A stretch of 64,000 bases of DNA from a virus, in IMG/VR virus record IMGVR_UViG_3300032087_004567. One strand, 5' to 3'. Below, in pieces: positions 17,539 through 27,769 of the stretch (its first letter is position 1; the number at the start of each line of letters is the position of its first letter). Below the pieces are notes generated by a model. That model saw only the letters and a program-made list of their open reading frames with translations. It was not told where the DNA came from and ran no database searches. Both the position numbers and the translations under genes were made by a program.

Positions 17539-18266
17539 TGCCAACAAATGTATTTTTTAACAACTTTGGTTCAAGTCAAGAACAAAACTTAATAGAAAAC
17601 TTAATTGTTGAGTCAATTAAGATATATGGACATGATGTATTTTATTGTCCTAGAACTTTAGTTGATAAAGATACAATACTTGGTGAAGATGCATCATCAA
17701 AGTATACTAAAGCATTCGAAATAGAAATGTATATTAGAAACATAGAGGGCTTTGAGGGTGAAGGTGATTTACTTTCTAAATTTAATTTAGAGATAAGAGA
17801 TAGAATTACATTTACTCTTGCAGTACGTACATATGATAATGAAGTTGCAACTGTAGAAGGAGCCGGAAGACCTAACGAAGGTGATTTAATATACTTCCCG
17901 CTTAATAAAAAAATATATCAAATTAAATTTGTAGAACATGAGGCAATATTCTATCAATTAGGCTCATTACAAACATATGATCTACAATGCGAACTATTCG
18001 AATATAGTAATGAAATATTAGATACGGGTATTCCAGACATAGATGTAATAGAACAAAATCATAGTATTGCAACTACTAACTATGGTATCTTAACCGAGGA
18101 GTATAACAACTATCATTTATTAGATGAATCTGGATACTCATTAATGCTTGAATCATTTGATTTACAGGTTCAGGTACCTGATGCCGATAATGCACAACTA
18201 CAAATTGATAGTGATTCATTTATAGACTTTACCGAAATAGATCCATTCAGTGAGGGTAATGTATAA
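17538..18266 (+). CDS. gp14: Neck protein gp14
   Basis: EQNLIENLIVESIKIYG.DV.Y.PR, GDLLSKF, RPNEGDLIYFP, FYQLG, CELFEYS. Confidence 0.92.
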   Translation: MPTNVFFNNFGSSQEQNLIENLIVESIKIYGHDVFYCPRTLVDKDTILGEDASSKYTKAFEIEMYIRNIEGFEGEGDLLSKFNLEIRDRITFTLAVRTYDNEVATVEGAGRPNEGDLIYFPLNKKIYQIKFVEHEAIFYQLGSLQTYDLQCELFEYSNEILDTGIPDIDVIEQNHSIATTNYGILTEEYNNYHLLDESGYSLMLESFDLQVQVPDADNAQLQIDSDSFIDFTEIDPFSEGNV

Positions 18267-18925
18267 TGTTTGGAACTACCTTCTATCATGAGCATTTAAG
18301 AAAGTATGTAGTACTATTTGGTACTTTATTTAATGACATCTATATTAATAGGGCAAACTCTAGTGGTCAAATATTATCATCAATGAAGGTTCCTATTTCT
18401 TATTCACCAAAAGAAAAGATGATCGTAAGGGTTGATCAAGATCCAAATTTTGAAAGACCTGTTGCAATAGTATTACCTAGAATGGGTTTTGAAATGACTA
18501 CAATGGCTTATGCATCAGAAAGAAAATTATCATCTATAAAAAAGTTTGGCGTTAGACAAGATAATAACAATGATGAAAACTTAAAATATATTTACAATCC
18601 AGTACCATATGATATTGGTTTCTCTTTATACATTGCAGTAAAAAATACTGAAGACGGTACTAGAATATTAGAACAAATTTTACCATTCTTTACACCCGAA
18701 TGGACTGCAACAGTTAATTTAATACCAGATCTAAATATTAAAACAGATATACCTACTATATTAACCTCAGTAACATCACAAGATATTTACGATGGTGATT
18801 ATACATCAAGAAGGGCGTTAGTGTGGACTTTAGAATTTACTATGAAAGGTTACATATTTGGACCTGTTAAAGAGTCTGGTGTTATTACACTTGCAAATAC
18901 AAACTTCTACGAGGATGTATCATAA
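18266..18925 (+). CDS. gp15: Tail sheath stabiliser / tail terminator gp15 (core domain)
   Basis: FYHE..RKYV..FGTLFNDI, VPISY.PK.K, LPRMGFE, PVPY, EQILPFF.P. Confidence 0.92.
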   Translation: MFGTTFYHEHLRKYVVLFGTLFNDIYINRANSSGQILSSMKVPISYSPKEKMIVRVDQDPNFERPVAIVLPRMGFEMTTMAYASERKLSSIKKFGVRQDNNNDENLKYIYNPVPYDIGFSLYIAVKNTEDGTRILEQILPFFTPEWTATVNLIPDLNIKTDIPTILTSVTSQDIYDGDYTSRRALVWTLEFTMKGYIFGPVKESGVITLANTNFYEDVS

Positions 18926-19572
18926 TGGCATTAGAACCATCTGAAAGATTAGTTATTACACCTGGTCAATATGCAAATGGTGATGCATTAACTATGAGAG
19001 TTTCACGTGCAACAGCTACAGCTACTGTAACTGGTGGTGCAATATCGGCTATTACTGTAAAAAGTCAAGGGTATGGATATGATACTGCAACAGTAACTAT
19101 TGCCGCCCCTCCTGTTAGTAATACTATTCAAGCTACAGCAACTGCAACAGTCAATTTAGAGTCAAAAGAAGTTATTAGCTTTACAATATCAAATGGTGGT
19201 AGTGGTTATACATCTACCCCTACAGTAACTATAGCCGACCCGGATAGTGGTAATACGGCCACGGCAAATGCCACGCTTACAGACGGTGTCGTCACTTCAA
19301 TAAATTTAATTGATGGTGGTGATGGATATGGATTAAGTCCTGCTGTAACTATATCAGCACCTTCTTCTATTACTACAAAGACTGCCACAGGTACAGTTAC
19401 AGTATCAGGTAATGTGGTTACTTCTATTGCTGTAAGCAGCGGTGGTGCCGGTTATGTAACATCACCTAATGTAACAATATCAGCACCAGATAAAAGTGTT
19501 GCAAGAGAAACTGTACAAGCTAATTCAACATATGGATTTATTACTGAGATTGTGAGGTTAGATGATGAATGA
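18925..19572 (+). CDS. GGSGY/ATATAT-repeat virion protein, possibly a detached gp15 C-terminal region
   Basis: Four G.GY...P/T.VTI..P repeats flanked by ERLVITPG and ANSTYGF. TAATG-coupled to gp15. Confidence 0.6.
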   Translation: MALEPSERLVITPGQYANGDALTMRVSRATATATVTGGAISAITVKSQGYGYDTATVTIAAPPVSNTIQATATATVNLESKEVISFTISNGGSGYTSTPTVTIADPDSGNTATANATLTDGVVTSINLIDGGDGYGLSPAVTISAPSSITTKTATGTVTVSGNVVTSIAVSSGGAGYVTSPNVTISAPDKSVARETVQANSTYGFITEIVRLDDE

Positions 19573-19960
19573 TCCAATAAGTAAGGCATTGGATATAGAA
19601 CCAATGAAGAATGAAGTTAAACCAAAAGAAAAAACAGAAGTTCAACCAATAAAGGATAATAAGATAGAACAAGATTTTGAATTTGCAAGAATAAATCAAA
19701 TTCAAGTTATTGATAAAGGTAGAGAGGCATTAGATAATATGTTAGATGTAGCACAAATGTCACAACACCCACGTGGTTATGAAGTAGTTGCAACATTAAT
19801 GAATTCAATCACTACTGCTAATGAGAAGTTATTAGATCTAAGTAAAAGGAAAAAAGACTTAGAAGGTGAAAAGAATCCTACTACCATTAACAATAATCTA
19901 TTTGTAGGAAGTACAAATGAGTTGCAGAAACTACTAAAGAAAAATAATGAATCAGACTGA
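19562..19960 (+). CDS. gp16: Terminase small subunit gp16
   Basis: DFEFAR, HPRGYEV, NNNLFVGST.ELQKLL; directly upstream of gp17. Confidence 0.9.
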   Translation: MMNDPISKALDIEPMKNEVKPKEKTEVQPIKDNKIEQDFEFARINQIQVIDKGREALDNMLDVAQMSQHPRGYEVVATLMNSITTANEKLLDLSKRKKDLEGEKNPTTINNNLFVGSTNELQKLLKKNNESD

Positions 19961-21587
19961 AACTTATCTAGGTAATAAAAATCTAAAGAAACAATACGTT
20001 AATATAGAATGGACTAAAGATCTAATTAACGAATATATGAAGTGTGGACGTGATCCGGTTTACTTTGTTGAAAACTATATGAAGATTATTCATGTAGATC
20101 AAGGATTGGTTCCATTTAAACCATATAGTTTTCAAAAAGATATTATTAGATCATCGGTTATAGAAAGATTTTTAATATGTAAAATGCCAAGACAGGTTGG
20201 TAAAACAACCGTACTTACAGCAGTTATATTACATAATGTATTGTTTAATGAAAATTATTCTGTTGCAATATTGGCGCATAAAGCAGATCAGGCAAGAGAA
20301 ATATTAGGAAGAATACAACTTGCCTACGAACATTTACCTAAATGGTTACAACAAGGTATAATTAATTGGAATAAAGGATCGGTAGAATTAGAAAATGGTT
20401 CAAAGATACTTGCAAGTTCAACAGCATCAAGTGCAATTAGAGGAACATCTCAAAACTTAGTATACTTAGATGAGTTTGCATTTGTACCAGGACATATACA
20501 AGAGGAGTTCTTTGCATCAGTCTATCCTACTATTTCATCTGGACAAACTACAAAGGTACTAATTACATCTACACCTAAAGGTTTAAATCTATTTTATAAG
20601 TTATGGAAAGATAGTGAGGAAGGTAGAAATGATTATAAAAGAATTGATGTACATTGGAGCCAGGTACCAGGAAGAGATGAGAAGTGGAAAGAGGAAACTA
20701 TACGAAATACTTCTGAAGAACAATTTAGAGAAGAGTTTGAATGTGAATTCTTAGGTTCATCCTCAACTTTAATAAATGGTCAAAAGTTAAAATTATTAAC
20801 ATATAGTAACCCAATAAAGACTGATAACGAATTAAAGATATATTCAGAACCAGAACAAGATAGATTATATATGATTACGGTGGATACTGCAAGAGGTGTC
20901 GAAGGAGATTATTCAGCTTTTAAAGTATTTGATGTTACAGAAATGCCATATAAAGATGTAGCCTCCTATAGAAATAATACCGTAGATCCTATATTATATC
21001 CTAATATAATACATCCAGTTGCCAAACATTATAACAATGCATTTATTTTAATTGAAACTAATGATATTGGACAACAGGTAGCTGATATATTACATTATGA
21101 ATTAGAGTATTCTAATTTATTATATACTGCAAATCCTGATAAGAAAGGTGTTAGATTATCTGCAGGTTTTAGTGGACATTCACATGCAGGTGTAAGAACA
21201 ACACCTATAGTTAAGAAATTAGGTTGTAGTAATTTTAAAACTTTAGTAGAAAATGACAAATTAATAGTAAATGATTATGAGACTTTGCAAGAAATGTATA
21301 GATTTATACATAAGGGATCATCATTCGAAGCAGAAGAAGGCAATGACGACCTAGTTATGTGCTGTGTTTTGTTTTCATGGATGACAGATCAATTATATTT
21401 TAAAGAACTCACAAGTTCTGATTTTAGACAACGTTTAGAAAAAGAGAATGAAAAACGACTAGAAGATAACCTATTACCCTTTGGATTAAGAGAAAATGGT
21501 GTGGATGATGTTATTGATTGGACTGATGAAGAGCCAAAGGTAGTAGACTTAGAGAACATGTCGTTTGACGAGTGGATGAGAAATTGA
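19947..21587 (+). CDS. gp17: Terminase large subunit gp17
   Basis: YLGN.NLK, PRQVGKTT, LDEFAF, STPKG, DDLVM. Confidence 0.96.
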   Translation: MNQTETYLGNKNLKKQYVNIEWTKDLINEYMKCGRDPVYFVENYMKIIHVDQGLVPFKPYSFQKDIIRSSVIERFLICKMPRQVGKTTVLTAVILHNVLFNENYSVAILAHKADQAREILGRIQLAYEHLPKWLQQGIINWNKGSVELENGSKILASSTASSAIRGTSQNLVYLDEFAFVPGHIQEEFFASVYPTISSGQTTKVLITSTPKGLNLFYKLWKDSEEGRNDYKRIDVHWSQVPGRDEKWKEETIRNTSEEQFREEFECEFLGSSSTLINGQKLKLLTYSNPIKTDNELKIYSEPEQDRLYMITVDTARGVEGDYSAFKVFDVTEMPYKDVASYRNNTVDPILYPNIIHPVAKHYNNAFILIETNDIGQQVADILHYELEYSNLLYTANPDKKGVRLSAGFSGHSHAGVRTTPIVKKLGCSNFKTLVENDKLIVNDYETLQEMYRFIHKGSSFEAEEGNDDLVMCCVLFSWMTDQLYFKELTSSDFRQRLEKENEKRLEDNLLPFGLRENGVDDVIDWTDEEPKVVDLENMSFDEWMRN

Positions 21588-21593
21588 GTCATT

Positions 21594-21601
21594 TATAAAT
21601 A
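21594..21601 (+). promoter_or_regulatory. T4-type late promoter
   Basis: Exact TATAAATA upstream of gp18. Confidence 0.75.
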
Positions 21602-21646
21602 AAATAGACTTGTGCTAAATAATAACCTTAATGGGGAGATAATAAC

Positions 21647-23764
21647 ATGCCATTCCAAGTAAGTCCAGGAGTTAATGTATCTGAAATTGACTTATCTACG
21701 GTTGTCCCTGCGGTATCCACTACAGAAGGCGCACTTGCCGGTCTGTTTAGATGGGGACCGATAGACAAACGTTTATTAATCAGTTCAGAAGATGAGTTGG
21801 TCGAAAGATTCGGCAAACCAACTAATCATAATGCAGAAACTTTTTTTACTGCCGCAAATTTTTTATCTTACGGTAATAAGTTATATGTCGTAAGATCAGC
21901 TAATACAACTGATGCTGGTGGTTCTGCAGGTGTTCTAACATCATATGCTAATGTAGGTGCTGTAACTACTAATACAAACCTAATAGTAAAAAATGATGAT
22001 GACATTGATAGCAGTTCAGTACAAACATCACTAACAAGTGAAACAAATGTAATGTACGTTGCAAGATATCCAGGTGCAATAGGTAATTCATTAAAAATTA
22101 GTGTATGTGATACAGCAACAGCTTATTTTAGTAATACATCTATTACTGGTGGTGATGCAAATCTATCATCAAATGGAGAATTAACAAGTGTAGTTGCAAC
22201 TACAGGTTCAAATACAGTTAGTATTAAAATTGCTAATTCAGCAACAGGTGTTGTTTCAGAAGCTGAAACAAAAGTAACCGCCTTAAAAGCATTACTAACA
22301 GTAGGTGATCTTTTAGAGTTAGGAAACACATCTATAGGTACACAGACTAAAAAAATTACTGCTTTAGGTGCTGTAACTACTAATACTACTCATGCATCAG
22401 TAACCATTAATTTAGATAGTAACTATACACTCGCAACATTTGGCAATGAAGCTGTTGCTAATGTTGAGACAACTGATTCAGGTTACCTAAAGAGATATTG
22501 GGAGTATTATAATGCAGTAGATGCTGCACCAGGTACTTCTACATACCAAACAAATTTTGGTAACTCAGCTGCTGTTGATGAAGTACACGTAGTGGTAGCC
22601 GATGAAGATGGTTTAATTTCTGGTGTACCAGGAACTATTCTAGAAACATGGAGAGGTTTGTCTAGAGCTACAAATGCTAAATTAGAAGAAGGACAAACTA
22701 ACTACTATAGAGATGTAATTAATAATAACAGTAGATATATTTACCCAGCTGCAGTTAGAAGCTCAGGCTACGCTAATACAGCTGCAAATATTACTACACT
22801 TTCAAACACCTTACCACAAACAGTATCAATGGTAGGTGGTTCAGATGGTAATCCAGAAGGTAACGTTGCACTATCAACTATTCAGTTAGGATATGATCAC
22901 TTTAAATCAGCTGAAGATGTTGACATTTCATTAGTACTACAAGGTAAGGCAAGAGGTGGTACAAATGGAGAATCAGTTGCAAATTATATCATCGATAATA
23001 TTTGTGAAACAAGAAAAGATTGTGTAGCATTTGTTTCACCAGATAAAGATGATGTAGTATTACAGACAACAGGTGATGAAGAAACTCAAGTTAAGACTTA
23101 TAGAGATTCAGTTACAACATCATCATACGCTGTAATGGATTCTGGTTACAAGTATCAATATGACAAATACAATGACCTTTATCGTTATATTCCACTTAAC
23201 GGTGATGTAGCTGGTCTTTGTGTTAGAACAGATGAAACAAGAGATCCTTGGTATTCACCTGCAGGTTACAACAGAGGAGTAATTAAAAATGTTGTTAAGC
23301 TTGCATTTAATCCAGGCAAAGCCGAAAGAGACGTTCTTTATAAGTCAGGGGTAAATCCAGTAGTAACATTCCCAGGACAAGGAACATTACTTTTTGGAGA
23401 CAAGACACTATTAGCTAAGCCTTCAGCATTTGATAGAATTAATGTAAGAAGACTTTTCATAGTACTAGAGAAAGCGATTTCTACAGCAGCTAAATTTACA
23501 TTGTTTGAGTTCAATGATGAATTTACAAGAGCACAGTTTAAGAATTTGGTTGAACCATTCTTAAGAGATGTTCAAGGTAGAAGAGGTATCACTGACTTTA
23601 GAGTTGTTTGTGACGAAACAAACAATACTGGTGAGGTTATTGATAGAAACGAGTTTGTTGGAGACATTTACATCAAGCCCGCAAGATCAATTAACTTCAT
23701 TCAGCTTAATTTCGTTGCAGTAAGAACAGGTGTAGAGTTCTCTGAAATTGTCGGACAGTTTTAA
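21647..23764 (+). CDS. gp18: Tail sheath protein gp18
   Basis: SPGV.V.EID, ARYPG..GN, PWYSPAG.NRG, FDRINVRRLF, FEFNDEFTR. Confidence 0.96.
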   Translation: MPFQVSPGVNVSEIDLSTVVPAVSTTEGALAGLFRWGPIDKRLLISSEDELVERFGKPTNHNAETFFTAANFLSYGNKLYVVRSANTTDAGGSAGVLTSYANVGAVTTNTNLIVKNDDDIDSSSVQTSLTSETNVMYVARYPGAIGNSLKISVCDTATAYFSNTSITGGDANLSSNGELTSVVATTGSNTVSIKIANSATGVVSEAETKVTALKALLTVGDLLELGNTSIGTQTKKITALGAVTTNTTHASVTINLDSNYTLATFGNEAVANVETTDSGYLKRYWEYYNAVDAAPGTSTYQTNFGNSAAVDEVHVVVADEDGLISGVPGTILETWRGLSRATNAKLEEGQTNYYRDVINNNSRYIYPAAVRSSGYANTAANITTLSNTLPQTVSMVGGSDGNPEGNVALSTIQLGYDHFKSAEDVDISLVLQGKARGGTNGESVANYIIDNICETRKDCVAFVSPDKDDVVLQTTGDEETQVKTYRDSVTTSSYAVMDSGYKYQYDKYNDLYRYIPLNGDVAGLCVRTDETRDPWYSPAGYNRGVIKNVVKLAFNPGKAERDVLYKSGVNPVVTFPGQGTLLFGDKTLLAKPSAFDRINVRRLFIVLEKAISTAAKFTLFEFNDEFTRAQFKNLVEPFLRDVQGRRGITDFRVVCDETNNTGEVIDRNEFVGDIYIKPARSINFIQLNFVAVRTGVEFSEIVGQF

Positions 23765-23792
23765 TAAATAGAATAGACAAGGAGAATATTAA

Positions 23793-24344
23793 ATGGCCTT
23801 TACAGTAAACGAAATAAGAAGTCAATTATCACTTGGAGGAGCGAGAAATACGCTCTTCCAAGTACAGATACAGAATCCTGCGAACGGGGTAGCAGATATT
23901 AAAGTCCCGTTTATGGTAAGAACAGCAATTATCCCATCGAGTGACCTAGGTGTTATAGAGGTACCATACTTTGGTCGTAAGATTAGATTAGCTGGTGATA
24001 GAACTTTTGGAGATTGGACAGTAACAGTAATTAATGATGAGGACTTCCTTATCAGAAATGCAATGGAACAATGGTCCAACCAAATTAATTCTTTAAGAGG
24101 TAACTTAAGAACTTTTGGTGCAGCAGCTCCATCACTATACAAAGCTAACGCAACTGTAACTCAGTATTCTAAGACGGGTGTTCCAATAAGAACATATACC
24201 TTTAATGGTATATTTCCACAGTCTTTATCAACTATTGATTTAGATTGGAATGCAACAGATCAGATAGAAGAGTTTACAGTATCATTCCAATACGATTGGT
24301 GGGAGGTTACTGGTGGCATTACTGGCAACGCAGGCGGAGCTTAA
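23793..24344 (+). CDS. gp19: Tail tube protein gp19
   Basis: GGAR..LF.V, VPYFGR.I..AGDRTF.DW.VTV.NDEDF, IEEF.V.F.YD.W. Confidence 0.95.
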   Translation: MAFTVNEIRSQLSLGGARNTLFQVQIQNPANGVADIKVPFMVRTAIIPSSDLGVIEVPYFGRKIRLAGDRTFGDWTVTVINDEDFLIRNAMEQWSNQINSLRGNLRTFGAAAPSLYKANATVTQYSKTGVPIRTYTFNGIFPQSLSTIDLDWNATDQIEEFTVSFQYDWWEVTGGITGNAGGA

Positions 24345-24360
24345 TTGTTATTTTGATAAT

Positions 24361-24387
24361 AGAGGGATAGGAGACTATCCCTCTTTT
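24361..24387 (+). terminator. Intrinsic terminator after gp19
   Basis: AGAGGGATAG-GAGA-CTATCCCTCT: 10-bp stem with GNRA loop, followed by TTT. Confidence 0.8.
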
Positions 24388-24401
24388 GATATGGAGATAT
24401 A

Positions 24402-25973
24402 ATGAAAATATTTGGATTTGAAATAAAAAGACCTTCAGAAGAAAAAGAACCTTTATCTTTTACAGCGCCAACAGATGATGATGGAGCTGTAGTTGTAGCT
24501 GCAGGTGGTGTTTATGGCACCTATGTTGATTTAGAAGGTTCAGCTAAGACTGAAGCAGAGCTTGTTACAAAGTATCGTGATATGTTAAATCAACCAGAAG
24601 TTGATCTAGCTGTAGATGACATAGTCAATGAAGCTATCATACAAGAACCCGAACAACCTATTGTTAAAATTAATTTAGATCATTTACTTCATACGAAAGA
24701 AAATGTTAAGTCAATAGTTACACAAGAGTTTGATGAAATATTAGAACTTTTAAATTTTAACAATCAAGCATATGAAATATTTAAAAGGTTTTATGTTGAT
24801 GGTAGATTGTATTATCATGCAGTAATAGATGATAATGATGTTAAAGCTGGTATAAAAGAGTTAAGATATGTCGATGCTCGTAAGATAAGAAAAATAAAAG
24901 AAGTACAAAAGAAAAGAGATAAGTTAACAGGCGCATCTTTATCTAAAACTGTTAATGAATACTATTTGTATAGTGAAAAAGGCTATTGGAATGCCGGGAA
25001 CGGTAATCCAAGCTCACAAGGGGCTGCAACAGGCGGCTTAAAAATTGCAAAGGATAGTATTGTTCATGTTACCTCAGGACTTATGGATACTAATAATACG
25101 GTTGTACTTTCATATCTTCATAAGGCGATAAAAGTTTTAAATCAATTAAGAACTTTAGAGGATGCAACTGTAATTTATAGAATATCAAGAGCACCAGAAA
25201 GAAGAATTTTTTATATTGATGTTGGTAATTTACCAAAGATGAAAGCAGAGCAATACTTACGTGATATGATGTTAAGGCATAAAAACAGAACTGTTTATGA
25301 TGCTACAACAGGTGAGGTAAGAGATGATCGTAAGTTTATGACAATGTTAGAAGATTATTGGTTACCTAGAAGAGAAGGTAATAGAGGTACAGAGATAACT
25401 ACTCTACCTGGAGGTCAAAACTTAGGTGAGTTAACTGATGTACAATATTTTCAAAAGAAACTTTATAGAGCACTTCATGTACCTGAATCTAGATTGCAAG
25501 TTGAAACATCTTATAATATAGGTAGGTCAACAGAGATACAGAGAGATGAAGTTAAGTTTACTAAATTTATTAATAGATTAAGAGGTAAGTTCTCGCAACT
25601 ATTCTTAAAGTCATTAGAGAAGCAATTAGCACTTAAAGGACTAATGAATGTAGATGAATTTAAAGAAATATCACAAGATATTAAATTTGATTTTGCTATT
25701 GATAATTATTTCTCTGAGTTAAAAAATATTGACATTACAAGAGAAAGAGTTAGTGTATTAAGAGATTTAGATGAATATGCAGGAAGATATGTTTCCCATA
25801 AATGGGTAAGAAAAAATATCTTAAGACAGTCTGAGGAAGAGATTGAAAAAGAGGATGCAGAAATGGGAGAAGAAATGAACGATCCTAGATTTGCTACTCC
25901 ACAAGCTCAACCAGAAGGTGAAAGTGAACCAAGTCAACCTAGTAACGATCAAGGTGATGAAACTTCACAATAA
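24402..25973 (+). CDS. gp20: Portal protein gp20
   Basis: YVDGR, SYLHKAIK..NQLR.LED..VIYRISRAPERRIFYIDVGNLPK, EDYWLPRREG.RGTEI. Confidence 0.96.
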   Translation: MKIFGFEIKRPSEEKEPLSFTAPTDDDGAVVVAAGGVYGTYVDLEGSAKTEAELVTKYRDMLNQPEVDLAVDDIVNEAIIQEPEQPIVKINLDHLLHTKENVKSIVTQEFDEILELLNFNNQAYEIFKRFYVDGRLYYHAVIDDNDVKAGIKELRYVDARKIRKIKEVQKKRDKLTGASLSKTVNEYYLYSEKGYWNAGNGNPSSQGAATGGLKIAKDSIVHVTSGLMDTNNTVVLSYLHKAIKVLNQLRTLEDATVIYRISRAPERRIFYIDVGNLPKMKAEQYLRDMMLRHKNRTVYDATTGEVRDDRKFMTMLEDYWLPRREGNRGTEITTLPGGQNLGELTDVQYFQKKLYRALHVPESRLQVETSYNIGRSTEIQRDEVKFTKFINRLRGKFSQLFLKSLEKQLALKGLMNVDEFKEISQDIKFDFAIDNYFSELKNIDITRERVSVLRDLDEYAGRYVSHKWVRKNILRQSEEEIEKEDAEMGEEMNDPRFATPQAQPEGESEPSQPSNDQGDETSQ

Positions 25974-25996
25974 ATAAATAAAATGGAGACAATAAA

Positions 25997-26284
25997 ATGC
26001 CAAGTAGTATACAAGATATAATTGATGCAGCAGTAGAAGAAAAACCTCAAGAGGTTGCTTCTCATTTTAATGATGTACTAGGACAAAAAGTTTTAGATGC
26101 ATTGGATGCGAGAAAAAAACAATTAGCGCAGTCAATGTTTAGTAATAGTAACGATGATCAAGAGACTGAAACAGAAGTAGAAGCTCAAGATCAACAAGAA
26201 CCAGAACAGGAAATAGAGGCCCAAGATGCAGAAACCGAAGACACTGAGTCAACTGAAGAAGACGATACAACAAAAGAAGGGTGA
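25997..26284 (+). CDS. Acidic prohead core protein (gp67-like)
   Basis: Position after gp20; acidic tail; AATAAATA late-like box at 25969. Confidence 0.55.
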   Translation: MPSSIQDIIDAAVEEKPQEVASHFNDVLGQKVLDALDARKKQLAQSMFSNSNDDQETETEVEAQDQQEPEQEIEAQDAETEDTESTEEDDTTKEG

Positions 26285-26774
26285 GTCTGGCTCTGGGGCG
26301 TATTACCCTAAAGGCAAAGACGAACAAGAATTTGTTGATAAGCATGAAATAGAAAAAACTGATGATGCAAATGGTAATGGTGATGAAGTCTTTAGCGCAA
26401 GTAATGTAAAAGTTGCAAAGCGTTCAGAAGAAAAACATGGCTACGATAAAGATAAAGATGATGATGTATATGAAGAAGTAAATGAAATGTCAGATAGTGA
26501 AAAAAAGAAAGCAGAAACTATCGTTAAAGGCATGAAAAAGAATATGTCATCTTTTAAAAAGCAATATGGTAAAGATGCTGAATCAGTTATGTATGCAACA
26601 GCAAACAAATTAGCACAAGAAGAAGTTGAAGAAGGCGAGGATGTAGATACAGCTTTACTTGAACTCTATGCTGAACTAACATCAGATAATAAGCTAATCA
26701 TGGAACAAATGTTAGAGGAAGGATTACAAGACGAGCTTCTAGAAGCTTTAAAAGAAGAGGAACAAAATGGCTGA
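26226..26774 (+). CDS. Prohead core-associated hypothetical protein
   Basis: Lies between gp20 and gp21; highly charged; contains K.YGKDA..VMYATA.K.A motif. Confidence 0.55.
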   Translation: MQKPKTLSQLKKTIQQKKGESGSGAYYPKGKDEQEFVDKHEIEKTDDANGNGDEVFSASNVKVAKRSEEKHGYDKDKDDDVYEEVNEMSDSEKKKAETIVKGMKKNMSSFKKQYGKDAESVMYATANKLAQEEVEEGEDVDTALLELYAELTSDNKLIMEQMLEEGLQDELLEALKEEEQNG

Positions 26775-27042
26775 TATTCTTAAAATAAAAAACTCTGAAA
26801 TAACAGTTCCAGCTACTGCTAATACTGTTGATGACGCCTCTTTAGTAAGATTAATTAACACATCATCAGATACTAATTTTACTATTACACAAAAATATGC
26901 CAATGGTGATACTATTGGTACATTTACGATAGGATTTGCAGGTACAGATGAAAGTGTTGTTTATCTTATGAAAGAGCCAACAGAAACTATAGAGGTAAAT
27001 TCTGGCACATCTGTTAAAGGTGTTTCAGTAGCGTTTTACTAA
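26767..27042 (+). CDS. Small conserved head-region protein
   Basis: ORF directly upstream of gp21. Confidence 0.55.
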   Translation: MADILKIKNSEITVPATANTVDDASLVRLINTSSDTNFTITQKYANGDTIGTFTIGFAGTDESVVYLMKEPTETIEVNSGTSVKGVSVAFY

Positions 27043-27053
27043 AAGGAAAAGAG

Positions 27054-27725
27054 ATGAAATTAATTAGCGAACTCGTAACAGAACAAGTAAAGTTGTTAGT
27101 TGAAGAAGATTCTGATGATAAAGAAAAGAAAAACTATTTTATCGAAGGTGTTTTCTTACAAGGTAACTTAAAGAATAGAAATGGTCGTGTTTATCCGATG
27201 GAGGTTCTAGATAAAGAAGTTGAGCGATATAATAAAGAGTATATCGAAAAAAATAGAGCTTATGGTGAACTTGGACACCCACAGGGTCCAACTATTAATT
27301 TAGAGCGTGTATCACATATGGTTAAAGGGCTTGAAAAGCAAGGCGACAACTATATTGGTAAAGCAAAAATTATGGACACTCCATATGGCAATATTGTAAA
27401 GAATTTAATGAACGAAGGAGCAATGTTAGGTGTTTCTTCAAGAGGTATGGGTAGTTTAAAAGACAATAAAGGTGTTATGGAAGTACAAGATGATTTTTAT
27501 CTTGCAACTGCAGCAGATATAGTTGCAGATCCTTCTGCCCCTGACGCATTCGTTAGAGGTGTTATGGAAGGTGTTGAATGGGTTATGGATCCAGATGCAG
27601 GCTTAAAAATGATTAAAGTAGCAGATGAAACACAGAAGCAAGTTAAAAAAATGTCTGTAAAACAAATAGAGGAGCAAAAGCTTGCAATATTTGATAACTA
27701 CTTAAAAAGTTTATTAGGTAAATAG
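27054..27725 (+). CDS. gp21: Prohead protease gp21
   Basis: NRNGRVYP, GELGHP, GVSSRGMGS, D.VADPSAPDAFV. Confidence 0.95.
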   Translation: MKLISELVTEQVKLLVEEDSDDKEKKNYFIEGVFLQGNLKNRNGRVYPMEVLDKEVERYNKEYIEKNRAYGELGHPQGPTINLERVSHMVKGLEKQGDNYIGKAKIMDTPYGNIVKNLMNEGAMLGVSSRGMGSLKDNKGVMEVQDDFYLATAADIVADPSAPDAFVRGVMEGVEWVMDPDAGLKMIKVADETQKQVKKMSVKQIEEQKLAIFDNYLKSLLGK

Positions 27726-27731
27726 TATTTT

Positions 27732-27739
27732 TATAAATA
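27732..27739 (+). promoter_or_regulatory. T4-type late promoter
   Basis: Exact TATAAATA upstream of gp22. Confidence 0.75.
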
Positions 27740-27769
27740 ATAATAGATATTTTATACGGGAGTAATACA

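Noticed and set aside
25997-26774. Programmed frameshift joining the two overlapping prohead-core ORFs
   Set aside because: No clear slippery site; the overlap is compatible with two independent genes.
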